Shown one piece after another: positions 8,557 to 16,662 of a stretch of DNA of 20,000 bases; the stretch's first letter is position 1, and the number at the start of each line of letters is the position of its first letter. The notes under the pieces are model-generated. The model ran no database searches, was not told the DNA's origin, and saw only the letters and a program-made list of their open reading frames with translations. The DNA is from Bacteroidales bacterium. Lineage in GTDB: Bacteria; Bacteroidota; Bacteroidia; Bacteroidales; CAIWKO01. The stretch is from contig DAOORA010000017.1 of NCBI GenBank assembly GCA_035389045.1, forward strand, positions 54,208 to 74,207. The letters are read 5' to 3'. The position numbers and the translations under genes are program-made.

Positions 8557-8624
8557 AGTCATCTGATGACTGCCAACCTTTGATTATTGTAGTGTTTTGT
8601 AATTTTTCAGTCATCTGATGACTG
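8557..8624. repeat. Two copies of palindromic AGTCATCTGATGACTG (REP-like)
   Basis: Identical 16-mers at 8557-8572 and 8609-8624. The second extends to the 8-1-8 palindrome CAGTCATC-T-GATGACTG (8608-8624). Confidence 0.8.
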
Positions 8625-9242
8625 GTTAAAATCATAAACGATTCCTAAAGCATACGTTGGCTGGCGTTCCCAGAAATTATAAACATACATTTCCAGTGAT
8701 AATTTCTTGTACCCAAGCACGATCATGGGTCCGGCAGAAATGTTTTTTTCACCCGATTGCGGAATAAACAGCTGCACAGCGCCACCCATCCCAAAATGAT
8801 CGGAAAAGTTAAAACTGAAATTTGTCCAATCCCAGAAAAAACTGTTCGGAAAATCCTTCAGGTCAAAGGTGTACTGGCACTGTGTAGAAGTAACAAATGA
8901 TTTATATTCCAGGTTGAAATTAAAGCCCGGAGATATGCCGCTGGTGGAGCCTGCAACACCTCCCAGCATGGGCGTTAATTCTATCCAGGTATTTTTCCCA
9001 AAAGAGAACGACCGGCCAAAATACAGGGAAGCCGTTTCGGAGTTTTCATAATTATATCGTGCTTCAAGGTAGTAGTCACCGATATAAACCCAAAACTGCG
9101 GCGTAACCACTGCCGGCCCTCCGGCCGACCATTGAATGGTGGTGTAAATGCCTGCATCATGAAACAGGCTGTCCTGCTCCTGTGCTTTAACCATTAAGGG
9201 TAAAGCAGACAGAAAACAAGCCCCAAAAAACCAGTGTTTCAT
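8607..9242 (-). CDS. Hypothetical secreted protein, probable small outer-membrane beta-barrel
   Basis: Signal peptide (…LMVKA|Q), alternating aromatic/Gly beta-strand pattern, and near-terminal YALGIVYDF. Confidence 0.7.
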   Translation of the reverse strand: MKHWFFGACFLSALPLMVKAQEQDSLFHDAGIYTTIQWSAGGPAVVTPQFWVYIGDYYLEARYNYENSETASLYFGRSFSFGKNTWIELTPMLGGVAGSTSGISPGFNFNLEYKSFVTSTQCQYTFDLKDFPNSFFWDWTNFSFNFSDHFGMGGAVQLFIPQSGEKNISAGPMIVLGYKKLSLEMYVYNFWERQPTYALGIVYDFNQSSDD

Positions 9243-9296
9243 ACTGTAAAAGTATGTTTTTTTATCCGATTATGCCTGGAGGAAAATTTCAAAATA

Positions 9297-10208
9297 TTAT
9301 ATCGGCTCCATGATGTATTTCTTTAAAAAAAACGCCGGATGCATTTCTATTTTTGATTTACGTATAGATTCTATTCCCAGGTCGGCCTCCCAGTTAAGAT
9401 ATTCTATTCCGCGGCTGCTTGACAAGGCAACTATTTCTTTCATCAGGTACTGGTAAACACCCTTGCAGCCAGTGTTGGCTTTACAAAAAAGCCCGGTAAG
9501 AAATTTTGCATTATTTATATCGAAGATAGAAAATGCAATCAAGGTCTGTCGGTCAAAAAGTCCTATGGCGCCAACGGAATCGAAATTACGGACTATCGAC
9601 AATAGCTTTTTTAATGCGTTATGCTCACCGGTGGATTCAAAATTCTTGTTGCCGGCTGCTTTAGTGTTTGCCCAGGTGTCGTAAAGAGTTAGTATCTGAC
9701 TAACATATTGTTGTGCAGTAAGATCAAGGATGCGCGTGATGATGCCCGGATATTTAGTTTTAAAGGTAGCGCATTTGTGGCGGTAAACCCTATACTTGCT
9801 TCCACGAGCTTCAAGGAAGCCGGCCACCGGATAAATGTAATCAAAGTTGTCGCGGTCTTCGGTAATTCTGAACAGCGATGGGTCAAGGGTTTTTACCATT
9901 TCTTCCGGCAGGCATTTTAAAGCGGAGGGAACATGGTTTATGGTCAAAAAATCCAGCACCTGCCTCACAGTGGCTGTCAGATTATTTTTGCCAATCAGCG
10001 AAAAAAAATACTCACCCGTCAGACAATTGGTTTGTTTAAGAAGGAGGTTGCCGTTGATTATTGAGAGTTGAAAAGGTTGGTGGATTTCCCAGCAGCACAT
10101 GGTGGCGAACTGGTATTCGGCATAGGGCGGAAAGGCCGAAGTGTATTTTTCGACCTCCTCTTTGTCGTAGAGATCCAAATTCTTAAATGCCGGAAACTGC
10201 GGAATCAT
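9297..10208 (-). CDS. Stand-alone DUF2156 (phosphatidylglycerol lysyltransferase C-terminal / dupli-GNAT-like) protein
   Basis: DRDNFDYIY, FCKAN..KGVYQYL and YLNWEADLGIESIRKSK..HP..FLKKY motifs. No TM domain. Start is ATG 10208 (the track uses TTG 10217). Confidence 0.8.
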   Translation of the reverse strand: MIPQFPAFKNLDLYDKEEVEKYTSAFPPYAEYQFATMCCWEIHQPFQLSIINGNLLLKQTNCLTGEYFFSLIGKNNLTATVRQVLDFLTINHVPSALKCLPEEMVKTLDPSLFRITEDRDNFDYIYPVAGFLEARGSKYRVYRHKCATFKTKYPGIITRILDLTAQQYVSQILTLYDTWANTKAAGNKNFESTGEHNALKKLLSIVRNFDSVGAIGLFDRQTLIAFSIFDINNAKFLTGLFCKANTGCKGVYQYLMKEIVALSSSRGIEYLNWEADLGIESIRKSKIEMHPAFFLKKYIMEPI

Positions 10209-10270
10209 TATTGACAAATTTGTAAAATGTGATTCATAGGAATTTTAGCTTCAGCAAGAAGATGTCAACC

Positions 10271-10278
10271 CAAAAATA
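10271..10278 (-). promoter_or_regulatory. Putative -7 promoter box for the DUF2156 gene
   Basis: Minus-strand TATTTTTG about 60 bp upstream of the start. Confidence 0.4.
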
Positions 10279-10402
10279 GATAAAAATACTTGAATAATAT
10301 TATTATGAATAAATGTCATAATACCGGGACAATACAAAAATGTTTTTTCTGTGGCACGCTGTTAAAAAATCGGAGATTTGCTCTATGTGACTTTTTTTAT
10401 TT

Positions 10403-10496
10403 CACAGAGGTACACAGAGGGTTCACGGAGGACCACAGAGAAAGTATTTAATTTTAACTTTGTGGCTCTCGGTGCAAAACTCCGTGGTTCTCTGTG
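10403..10496. repeat. CACAGAG / CTCTGTG heptamer inverted-repeat cluster
   Basis: CAC(A/G)GAG at 10403, 10413, 10424 and 10434. Near-complementary CTTTGTG, CTCGGTG, CTCCGTG and CTCTGTG at 10458, 10468, 10480 and 10490. Confidence 0.85.
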
Positions 10497-10597
10497 TAAC
10501 TTTTTTGCATTATTCTGAAAAAACGTACATTTTAAAATTATTCAGATTAATACAATAGTGTACGGATTATTTATGAAAATCGATTCGCCGGAATTAA

Positions 10598-10756
10598 GAA
10601 ACTGGTTTGATTTTATCTTTTCATATCTTTATGCGTCTTTTTTGCTGCAACTTCGTTAGATTTTTCGACATAGGATGAACTATGTCTGCAAAATCTGCTT
10701 CGTTTCGCTAAAAAATCCATCATAAATCTTATGTAACATAAAATCAAAACAGTTTC
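10598..10756. mobile_element. Putative MITE-like non-autonomous element (159 bp, long imperfect hairpin)
   Basis: Terminal inverted repeats match at 18/19 bp (GAAACTGGTTTGATTTTAT / ATAAAATCAAAACAGTTTC). Flanked by a TAA direct repeat (10595-10597, 10757-10759). Central GACATAG-6nt-CTATGTC stem. No ORF in the track. Confidence 0.7.
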
Positions 10757-10760
10757 TAAG

Positions 10761-10768
10761 TATATTTG
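10761..10768 (+). promoter_or_regulatory. Putative -7 promoter box for the DUF5103 gene
   Basis: TATATTTG, 18 bp upstream of the ATG at 10787. Confidence 0.6.
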
Positions 10769-10786
10769 TAAATATTATTTCTACAG

Positions 10787-12136
10787 ATGAAAAAGATTTT
10801 TTCTGTTAAAACGCTTGGACTGATGGCCTGCCTGATAGTTTTCTGTTTGCCGTCATGGGCTCAAAAGAAGAACCGCCCGGCAAAGGATTCTATAAAACAA
10901 AATACTCCTGATTATTTTACCGATAATTATATGCGGGCCGAGGATTATATTTACAAGCCCAACATTAAAACGGTGCTGTTTTACCGCGAAGGTTTTGTGC
11001 TGACTTCACCAATAATCACCCTGAATTCGGATGAAAAACTCATCCTGAAATTCGACGACCTTGACGGGGATCTGAAAAAAATGCGTTATACTTTTATACA
11101 CTGCGACGCTTACTGGACTCCTTCAGATTTGTTACCCAATGAATACCTTCAGGGTTTTTATGAAGATGATGTCACCGAAGTTAAATATTCTTACAACACC
11201 TTACAGAAATATACGCATTATACCCTGACTATCCCCAGCGAAAACATGCAGCCCGTATTGTCTGGAAATTATTTACTGAAAGTTTATATGGAAGACGAGC
11301 CTGAAAACGTAATCCTGACCCGCCGTTTTATGATTGTGGAGCCCAGGGTGACGGTCAATGCCATCGTGAACAAACCAACCGTGGTAGAATATCGCAATTA
11401 CAGGCAGGAAGTGGATTTTTCGATTGATAAAACAGGCTACACCATAAACAATCCTTATCAGGACATGAAAGTTATTGTGCAGCAGAACGGCCGTTGGGAT
11501 AATGCCATTCTAAACCTTAAGCCCTTGTACATTAAGGGAGACATTCTTGATTATAATTACGAAGAGGAAAATGTATTCCCTGGAGGAAACGTTTTCAGGT
11601 GGTTCGATATAAAAAGCATGAATTCGTATACCGAGAATATTGCTCATCAGGAAAAGGATACGGCGGGTTATCAGGTTTTTCTGAAAGAAGAACAGCGGAA
11701 AACGTTCAGGGTTTTTGTTTCGCAGAAAGATATCAAGGGCCGGCAGTTTATCAAGTCGGATGATAACATTACCGACAGTGACATTGAATCAGAATATGTG
11801 TATGTTCATTTTTTCCTGAAATATGAAGCTCCGTTGCCGAACGGCGCCGTATATATCCTCGGAGGGCTGTCCGGCTGGGGCTATGCCAAAGAGGCCAAAA
11901 TGGAATACAATTACGAATGGAAGGGATATACCGCCACACTGTATTTAAAGCAAGGCTATTATAACTATCAGTACGTGTTTCTTGAGAACGGCAAAAAGGT
12001 GGGCGACGAAACCCTGATCGAAGGCTCGCATTACGAAACCGATAATGAATACTCCATTTATGTCTATCATCGTGAGTTGGGCGAAATATATGACCGGCTG
12101 GTGGGACTGAAGCAGTTTAATACCTTCAGCAAATAA
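10787..12136 (+). CDS. Type IX secretion system plug protein (DUF5103 family)
   Basis: Signal peptide. Motifs LKFDDL, YTFIHCDAYW, SYNTLQKYTHY, SGNYLLKV, QNGRWDNA, FPGGNVFRWFD, LKQGYYNYQY, EGSHYETDNEY and YDRLVG, recognised from memory of the family. Confidence 0.85.
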   Translation: MKKIFSVKTLGLMACLIVFCLPSWAQKKNRPAKDSIKQNTPDYFTDNYMRAEDYIYKPNIKTVLFYREGFVLTSPIITLNSDEKLILKFDDLDGDLKKMRYTFIHCDAYWTPSDLLPNEYLQGFYEDDVTEVKYSYNTLQKYTHYTLTIPSENMQPVLSGNYLLKVYMEDEPENVILTRRFMIVEPRVTVNAIVNKPTVVEYRNYRQEVDFSIDKTGYTINNPYQDMKVIVQQNGRWDNAILNLKPLYIKGDILDYNYEEENVFPGGNVFRWFDIKSMNSYTENIAHQEKDTAGYQVFLKEEQRKTFRVFVSQKDIKGRQFIKSDDNITDSDIESEYVYVHFFLKYEAPLPNGAVYILGGLSGWGYAKEAKMEYNYEWKGYTATLYLKQGYYNYQYVFLENGKKVGDETLIEGSHYETDNEYSIYVYHRELGEIYDRLVGLKQFNTFSK

Positions 12137-12146
12137 TTTCAGGGTG

Positions 12147-12190
12147 CCATTACCGTCGGGTAAATTCATGAATTTACCCGACGGTAATGG
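12147..12190. repeat. 44-bp perfect palindrome between convergent genes (possible bidirectional terminator or REP-like element)
   Basis: CCATTACCGTCGGGTAAATTCA|TGAATTTACCCGACGGTAATGG with no spacer. Confidence 0.9.
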
Positions 12191-12199
12191 AACTAATTG

Positions 12200-14062
12200 C
12201 TATTTTTTGGGCTCCGGTTTGCCGGCGTTTTCTTCGCTCACCTTTTTACCCTTGGTAAAAGTTACTTTATACAGCAGTTTGCCGTCTTTGTCCCAATAGT
12301 ACCAGGTTCCTTCGCGCAAAGCATTTACATAGAGTCCCTGGCTAGACTTCTGTCCGTTCTGGAAATATTCAACAAATTTTCCATCGGGACGTCCCTGGCT
12401 GAAACCCTGTTCCTGGAAAAGCACACCATACTGATCGTAAAAACTCCAGTAGCCGCTTTTGAGGTCGTTGGTATAATAGCCGCTTTCGGCAATTTTTCCG
12501 TTGTCGTACCATTCGCTCGAAGCGCCGTTTTTTTCGCCGTTTTTAAACATCTGTTCGATGCGCATATTGCCGTTTTCCCACCACAGTGTATACTTTCCGT
12601 TCTTTTTCCCTTCGAAATATTCGGCAACATATTTCTTTTTTCCGTTTTCAAACCATCCTTCCCATTTCAGGTGCATCTGTCCGTCTTTAAATGTCCCTTT
12701 GTCCTGCATCTGGCCGTTGTGATACCAACTGGTCCAGAGACCGTTTTCTTTATCATTTTCAAACGAGCCTTCCCTTTGTTTTTTACCATCTTCGAAATAG
12801 GTAGTCCACAAACCTGATTTTTTTCCGTCCGTGAAATAGCCGTTTTTCCATTTTTCGCCGGTTTCATAGTAATATACCCATGCGCCATGCTGTTTTCCCT
12901 GGATAAAATTTCCTGTGCTGCCTTTGGAGCCGTTTTCATGATAAAACACCCAAATACTGTCCTGTAAGTCCCCCTTGATCTTTCCTTCCATTTCTTTATT
13001 GCCGTTGCTGCGCCACCAACGCCCATAACAATTCAGTGAGTCGTGGATATAAAATCCTTCCATTTCCTTGTTGCCATTGTCGAACCAGGTCTGTGATGGG
13101 CCTTCTCTGAGGCCGTTTTTATAATTGGTTTTTTCTTTTATCTGGCCGTTGGCATACCATTTCGTCCAGATTCCTTCTTTTTCACCGTTCTTGTTGATAC
13201 CTTCTTCCTGTTTGGCGCCGGTTTCGTACCAGACCGTGTTCAGTCCGTTGTCAAAATTGAGGTCTTTCCATTTTTTTCCGTTTTCATAAAACTGAAGCCA
13301 TTTTCCAGCTTTCTGATCATTTTTGAACTGTCCCTCCATCATTTTTTGACCGTTTACATAATAAATAGTCTGGGTTCCTTCCCGCTGATCGTTAATATAA
13401 TTGGTTTCTGTTTTGATTTTCCCGCCGGGAAACCAGGATGTTGATTTGCCATCTTTCTTGCCGTTTTTTACAAACCACTCGCTTGATTTTTGCCCTAAAG
13501 AATCATAAATGATTACAGGGCCGTTGTCGTTTGAAATATCTTTCCAGATTTTTCCATCGGGATACCAGTATGTCCATTTGCCTGTTATTTTATCATTCAG
13601 GAATTGTCGTGTGGCCTGTTTGGCGCCGTTTTCATAATAATTGTTCCAGACACCGTCCTTCAATCCGTTTATGTAGTTACCTTCTTCTTTTACTTTTCCG
13701 TTCGGGTACCATTCGGTCCATTTTCCGTCGCGTTGTCCATTCACAATGTTTACTTCGTATTCTTTTTGTCCGCTTGGAAAATAGCGGGTATTCAGCCCGT
13801 TCTCATAATTGATGTCTTCCCATTTTTTTCCGTTCACATGCCAGTAACCCCATTGTCCCGTCTGCTTGTCATTTTTATATAAGCCTTCGCACCATTTTTT
13901 TCCATCTTCATACCAATACGTCCATTTTCCGTCCTTTAAACCGTTTACGACTGTTCCTTCGCCTTTCTTTTTATTGTTTTTCCAGTATTCGGTTTTTTTT
14001 TCCTGCGAAAAAGCATTAAAGAAAATGTTCAAACAAAGAATTAAGACAAAAAGTTTTCTCAT
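12200..14062 (-). CDS. Secreted MORN-variant repeat protein (YwqK-like)
   Basis: Signal peptide, then roughly 25 repeats of about 24 aa with consensus G.W..WYENGKK..EG.YKNG.K that make up almost the whole mature protein. Confidence 0.9.
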   Translation of the reverse strand: MRKLFVLILCLNIFFNAFSQEKKTEYWKNNKKKGEGTVVNGLKDGKWTYWYEDGKKWCEGLYKNDKQTGQWGYWHVNGKKWEDINYENGLNTRYFPSGQKEYEVNIVNGQRDGKWTEWYPNGKVKEEGNYINGLKDGVWNNYYENGAKQATRQFLNDKITGKWTYWYPDGKIWKDISNDNGPVIIYDSLGQKSSEWFVKNGKKDGKSTSWFPGGKIKTETNYINDQREGTQTIYYVNGQKMMEGQFKNDQKAGKWLQFYENGKKWKDLNFDNGLNTVWYETGAKQEEGINKNGEKEGIWTKWYANGQIKEKTNYKNGLREGPSQTWFDNGNKEMEGFYIHDSLNCYGRWWRSNGNKEMEGKIKGDLQDSIWVFYHENGSKGSTGNFIQGKQHGAWVYYYETGEKWKNGYFTDGKKSGLWTTYFEDGKKQREGSFENDKENGLWTSWYHNGQMQDKGTFKDGQMHLKWEGWFENGKKKYVAEYFEGKKNGKYTLWWENGNMRIEQMFKNGEKNGASSEWYDNGKIAESGYYTNDLKSGYWSFYDQYGVLFQEQGFSQGRPDGKFVEYFQNGQKSSQGLYVNALREGTWYYWDKDGKLLYKVTFTKGKKVSEENAGKPEPKK

Positions 14063-14124
14063 AATAAATCAATATTTGTTTGGTTTCAATATTTGTATAT
14101 GATGTGTACTAGTCGAAAAACAGC

Positions 14125-15099
14125 CTAATAAACACGTTCAGTAGTGAAAATAACGAGGTTTTCCAAAGATTTCTTATAGGTTGAATCGGGAAAATCTGCT
14201 AATATGGCCAAAGACTTGTTTTTAAATTCGTTCATACGTGACTCAGCATAGTCAAATCCCTTTTCTTCCCTGATACGCTGAACAAGATGAGCAATTTTCT
14301 CTTTGTTGGTGTTATGATTTTTCAAAATGCCAAGCAGGTGTCTTTTTTCAGCAAAACTGACATTTTTAAGAGTGAATATCAATGGCAGGGAAAATTTGCG
14401 GTCTTTCAAGTCGTTATGTGATGGTTTGCCGGTTTTGTTGGAAAGGTCAAAATCCAGCAGGTCGTCTTTTATCTGAAACGCCATGCCGAGATTTTCACCG
14501 AAATTTTTCATCTTTTCAACAGCGGAAGGATTGTCAGTGGTTGAAGAAGTCCCGGCAGAGCAACAGGCAGCAATCAGCGAAGCGGTTTTTTTACGGATGA
14601 CAGTGATATACGTTTCTTCGTCAATGTTCATGGTCCGAGATTTTTTTATCTGTAAAAGCTCACCCTCACTCATACTTTGTATTGCTTCGGAACCCAGATG
14701 GAGGTATTTGTATTCCTTGTTTTCAAGCGAAACCAGCAGGCCCTTCGACAGCAGATAATCGCCTGCAAGGACAGCGACTTTGTTTTTCCATAAAGCGTTA
14801 ATTGAAAAGAACCCCCGCCTCATATCCGACTCATCAACTACATCATCATGCACCAGGGTTGCGGTATGCAGTAATTCTATAAGAATGGCTGCCCTGTATG
14901 TTGACATATTAATGTTGCCGGACAAACCGGCAGATAGTAAGACAAGAATAGGGCGTATCTGCTTACCTTTGGTTTTCAGAAGATAACGCACTACTTTGTC
15001 AAGCAGGGGCGAATCGCTATGCATGGCCGCTGCAAAAAGTCTGTTGAATTCAGCAAGATTGCCTTCAATAGGCCTGGTTATTTCCTGAAGTGTGATCAT
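14125..15099 (-). CDS. ispB: Polyprenyl diphosphate synthase (IspB-like)
   Basis: GKQIRP, ELLHTATLVHDDVVDESDMRRG (first Asp-rich motif), GDYLL, KKTASL and GMAFQIKDDLLD (second motif). ATG 15099 preferred over TTG 15105. Confidence 0.92.
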   Translation of the reverse strand: MITLQEITRPIEGNLAEFNRLFAAAMHSDSPLLDKVVRYLLKTKGKQIRPILVLLSAGLSGNINMSTYRAAILIELLHTATLVHDDVVDESDMRRGFFSINALWKNKVAVLAGDYLLSKGLLVSLENKEYKYLHLGSEAIQSMSEGELLQIKKSRTMNIDEETYITVIRKKTASLIAACCSAGTSSTTDNPSAVEKMKNFGENLGMAFQIKDDLLDFDLSNKTGKPSHNDLKDRKFSLPLIFTLKNVSFAEKRHLLGILKNHNTNKEKIAHLVQRIREEKGFDYAESRMNEFKNKSLAILADFPDSTYKKSLENLVIFTTERVY

Positions 15100-15116
15100 C
15101 CGCAAATTGTCGGATT

Positions 15117-15124
15117 CAAAAGTA
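15117..15124 (-). promoter_or_regulatory. Putative internal -7 promoter box for ispB
   Basis: Minus-strand TACTTTTG, 17 bp upstream of the ATG. Confidence 0.55.
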
Positions 15125-15165
15125 AGAAATTTGCAGTGTAAACTGTTAATAATTTTTTATTAAGA

Positions 15166-16209
15166 TTATTTGTGCTTCTTTACCAATGAAACAGTCACCG
15201 GCAAATGATCGCTAAAGCCGCCATGGTACATTGTTCCGCTATAGGTTTTTGAAGGCAGCATTTGGCTTTTAGGACTTTGGTATAACAACCAGTTTCGCCT
15301 GAAAATTTCGGCAGAGCCGGGAACATAATGCAACACGTTTTTTTGTGATGAAAAAAGATTTCCGGAAAGAATTATCTGATCCATCATATTCCATTTTTTA
15401 TCACCGCCATAATAATAGGAACCCTGTCCGGCTTTGTAGAAGTCATAAAAAAGGTTGTAAAGTTTTTGGGGTTGAGGATTTTTTACCATGCCTTGAGCGT
15501 TCAGTTCTCTGAAAACTGAAGTATCGCCCGGTTCATCGTTCAGATCGCCCATGATGATGATATTAGCATTTGGATTTTTCAAGAACAAAGAATCCGTGAT
15601 CTTTTTTAATACTGAAGCATACATAATTCTTTTGGACTGTGTTTCTGCGATGCCACCCGACCTCGATTTCCAATGATTGACAAAAATATGTAAGGTGTCG
15701 GAGTTGAAAACAACTGTTTTTGCATAAAGGATTTCCCGGAGTTTAACACCGGAAAAAGATACAGGGACAGGACGTGCAGATAAAACCTTGGCGGCTGACG
15801 AATCGAACAGCAATGCTACATCTATTCCGCGATCATCAGAACTTTCGAAATGTACCGCTTTATATGCTCCCCGGCTGAGGTTCTGGTTTTTTATGAGATC
15901 CGCAAGGGTTTTGCCGTTCTCAATCTCGCATAACCCAACAATATCCGGCAGGTTGATGCTGTCGATAGCACAGATTACCCTCGAAATATTATTGACTTTT
16001 GTTTGGTACCGTTCGGCGGTCCAGTTTTTTTTGCTTTGAGGCAAAAACTCGTTGTCGTTTTTTACAGGATCATCGTAAATGTCAAAAAAGTTTTCACAAT
16101 TATAAAAAACTATTTTCAGACGACAATCTGCCGGATTGCGCTGGGCGTAACACGTAACAGAATAAAACAGAAAAAAAATATAAAAATATAAAATATATAA
16201 TTTATTCAC
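15166..16209 (-). CDS. Secreted endonuclease/exonuclease/phosphatase (EEP) family protein
   Basis: Signal peptide. FYNCENFFD, GLCEIEN, RGIDVALL, VNHWKSR, MGDLND, DQI and GGFSDHLPV motifs. Confidence 0.9.
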   Translation of the reverse strand: MNKLYILYFYIFFLFYSVTCYAQRNPADCRLKIVFYNCENFFDIYDDPVKNDNEFLPQSKKNWTAERYQTKVNNISRVICAIDSINLPDIVGLCEIENGKTLADLIKNQNLSRGAYKAVHFESSDDRGIDVALLFDSSAAKVLSARPVPVSFSGVKLREILYAKTVVFNSDTLHIFVNHWKSRSGGIAETQSKRIMYASVLKKITDSLFLKNPNANIIIMGDLNDEPGDTSVFRELNAQGMVKNPQPQKLYNLFYDFYKAGQGSYYYGGDKKWNMMDQIILSGNLFSSQKNVLHYVPGSAEIFRRNWLLYQSPKSQMLPSKTYSGTMYHGGFSDHLPVTVSLVKKHK

Positions 16210-16223
16210 AATTCATTTTGTTT

Positions 16224-16655
16224 TTAGCTGCTATGGTCAATAATGATTTTCCATTTTCCGTCGATTTTTTTGACAACCAGTGTAAATCGGCCGCCAACGG
16301 TTTCATTGGTTTTTTGCAAGGTCCAACGTCCCATAACAAAAACGGTAACGGCGTTCATTTGAATCATGTCAACCTCATCAAAAATCAGGGTGCCCATTGC
16401 TTCTTTCGATGGATAATGCTGTTTGTACATTTCCAATGTGTTTTTCCAGCCGGTAGTAACCCCGGTTTTGGTGATGAATTTCATTGAATCCGACTCCCAG
16501 TAACCGCTCATATACCCTTCGATGTCGCCGGTATTCCAGCATTTTTGCTGACGACTGAGCACAGAGGCAATCTCATAATGGTTTTTAACGCTGATATTCT
16601 GGGCATTTAGGGTAAGGGCTGTAATAGTTATAAACAATATTATTAAATGTTTCAT
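16224..16655 (-). CDS. Secreted NTF2-like (DUF4440/YybH-type) protein
   Basis: Signal peptide. WNTGDIEGYMSGYW, GWKNTLEMYK.HYP, MGTL.F, GRFTLV and WKIIIDHSS. Confidence 0.85.
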   Translation of the reverse strand: MKHLIILFITITALTLNAQNISVKNHYEIASVLSRQQKCWNTGDIEGYMSGYWESDSMKFITKTGVTTGWKNTLEMYKQHYPSKEAMGTLIFDEVDMIQMNAVTVFVMGRWTLQKTNETVGGRFTLVVKKIDGKWKIIIDHSS

Positions 16656-16662
16656 AATTATA

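Noticed and set aside
8557..8624. Mini-CRISPR (two palindromic repeats with a 36-bp spacer)
   Set aside because: Only two 16-bp repeats, too short for CRISPR repeats. One lies in a CDS and there are no cas genes.
10208..10237. 9-codon upstream ORF (MNHILQICQ) whose TAA overlaps the DUF2156 ATG
   Set aside because: Too short, no informative codon run and no attenuator structure. Expected by chance in AT-rich DNA.
10403..10496. CRISPR array or tRNA
   Set aside because: The units are 7-mers with 3-5 bp gaps in inverted orientation. There are no unique spacers and no cloverleaf or TTC-loop.
12197..12817. 206-aa + strand ORF and other short ORFs overlapping the MORN gene
   Set aside because: Antisense or alternate-frame shadows of a repetitive, well-supported CDS, with no recognisable motifs.
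12200..14062. Toxin-antitoxin system implied by YwqK-like repeats
   Set aside because: No toxin gene nearby. The neighbours are the T9SS plug and ispB, and the protein has a signal peptide.
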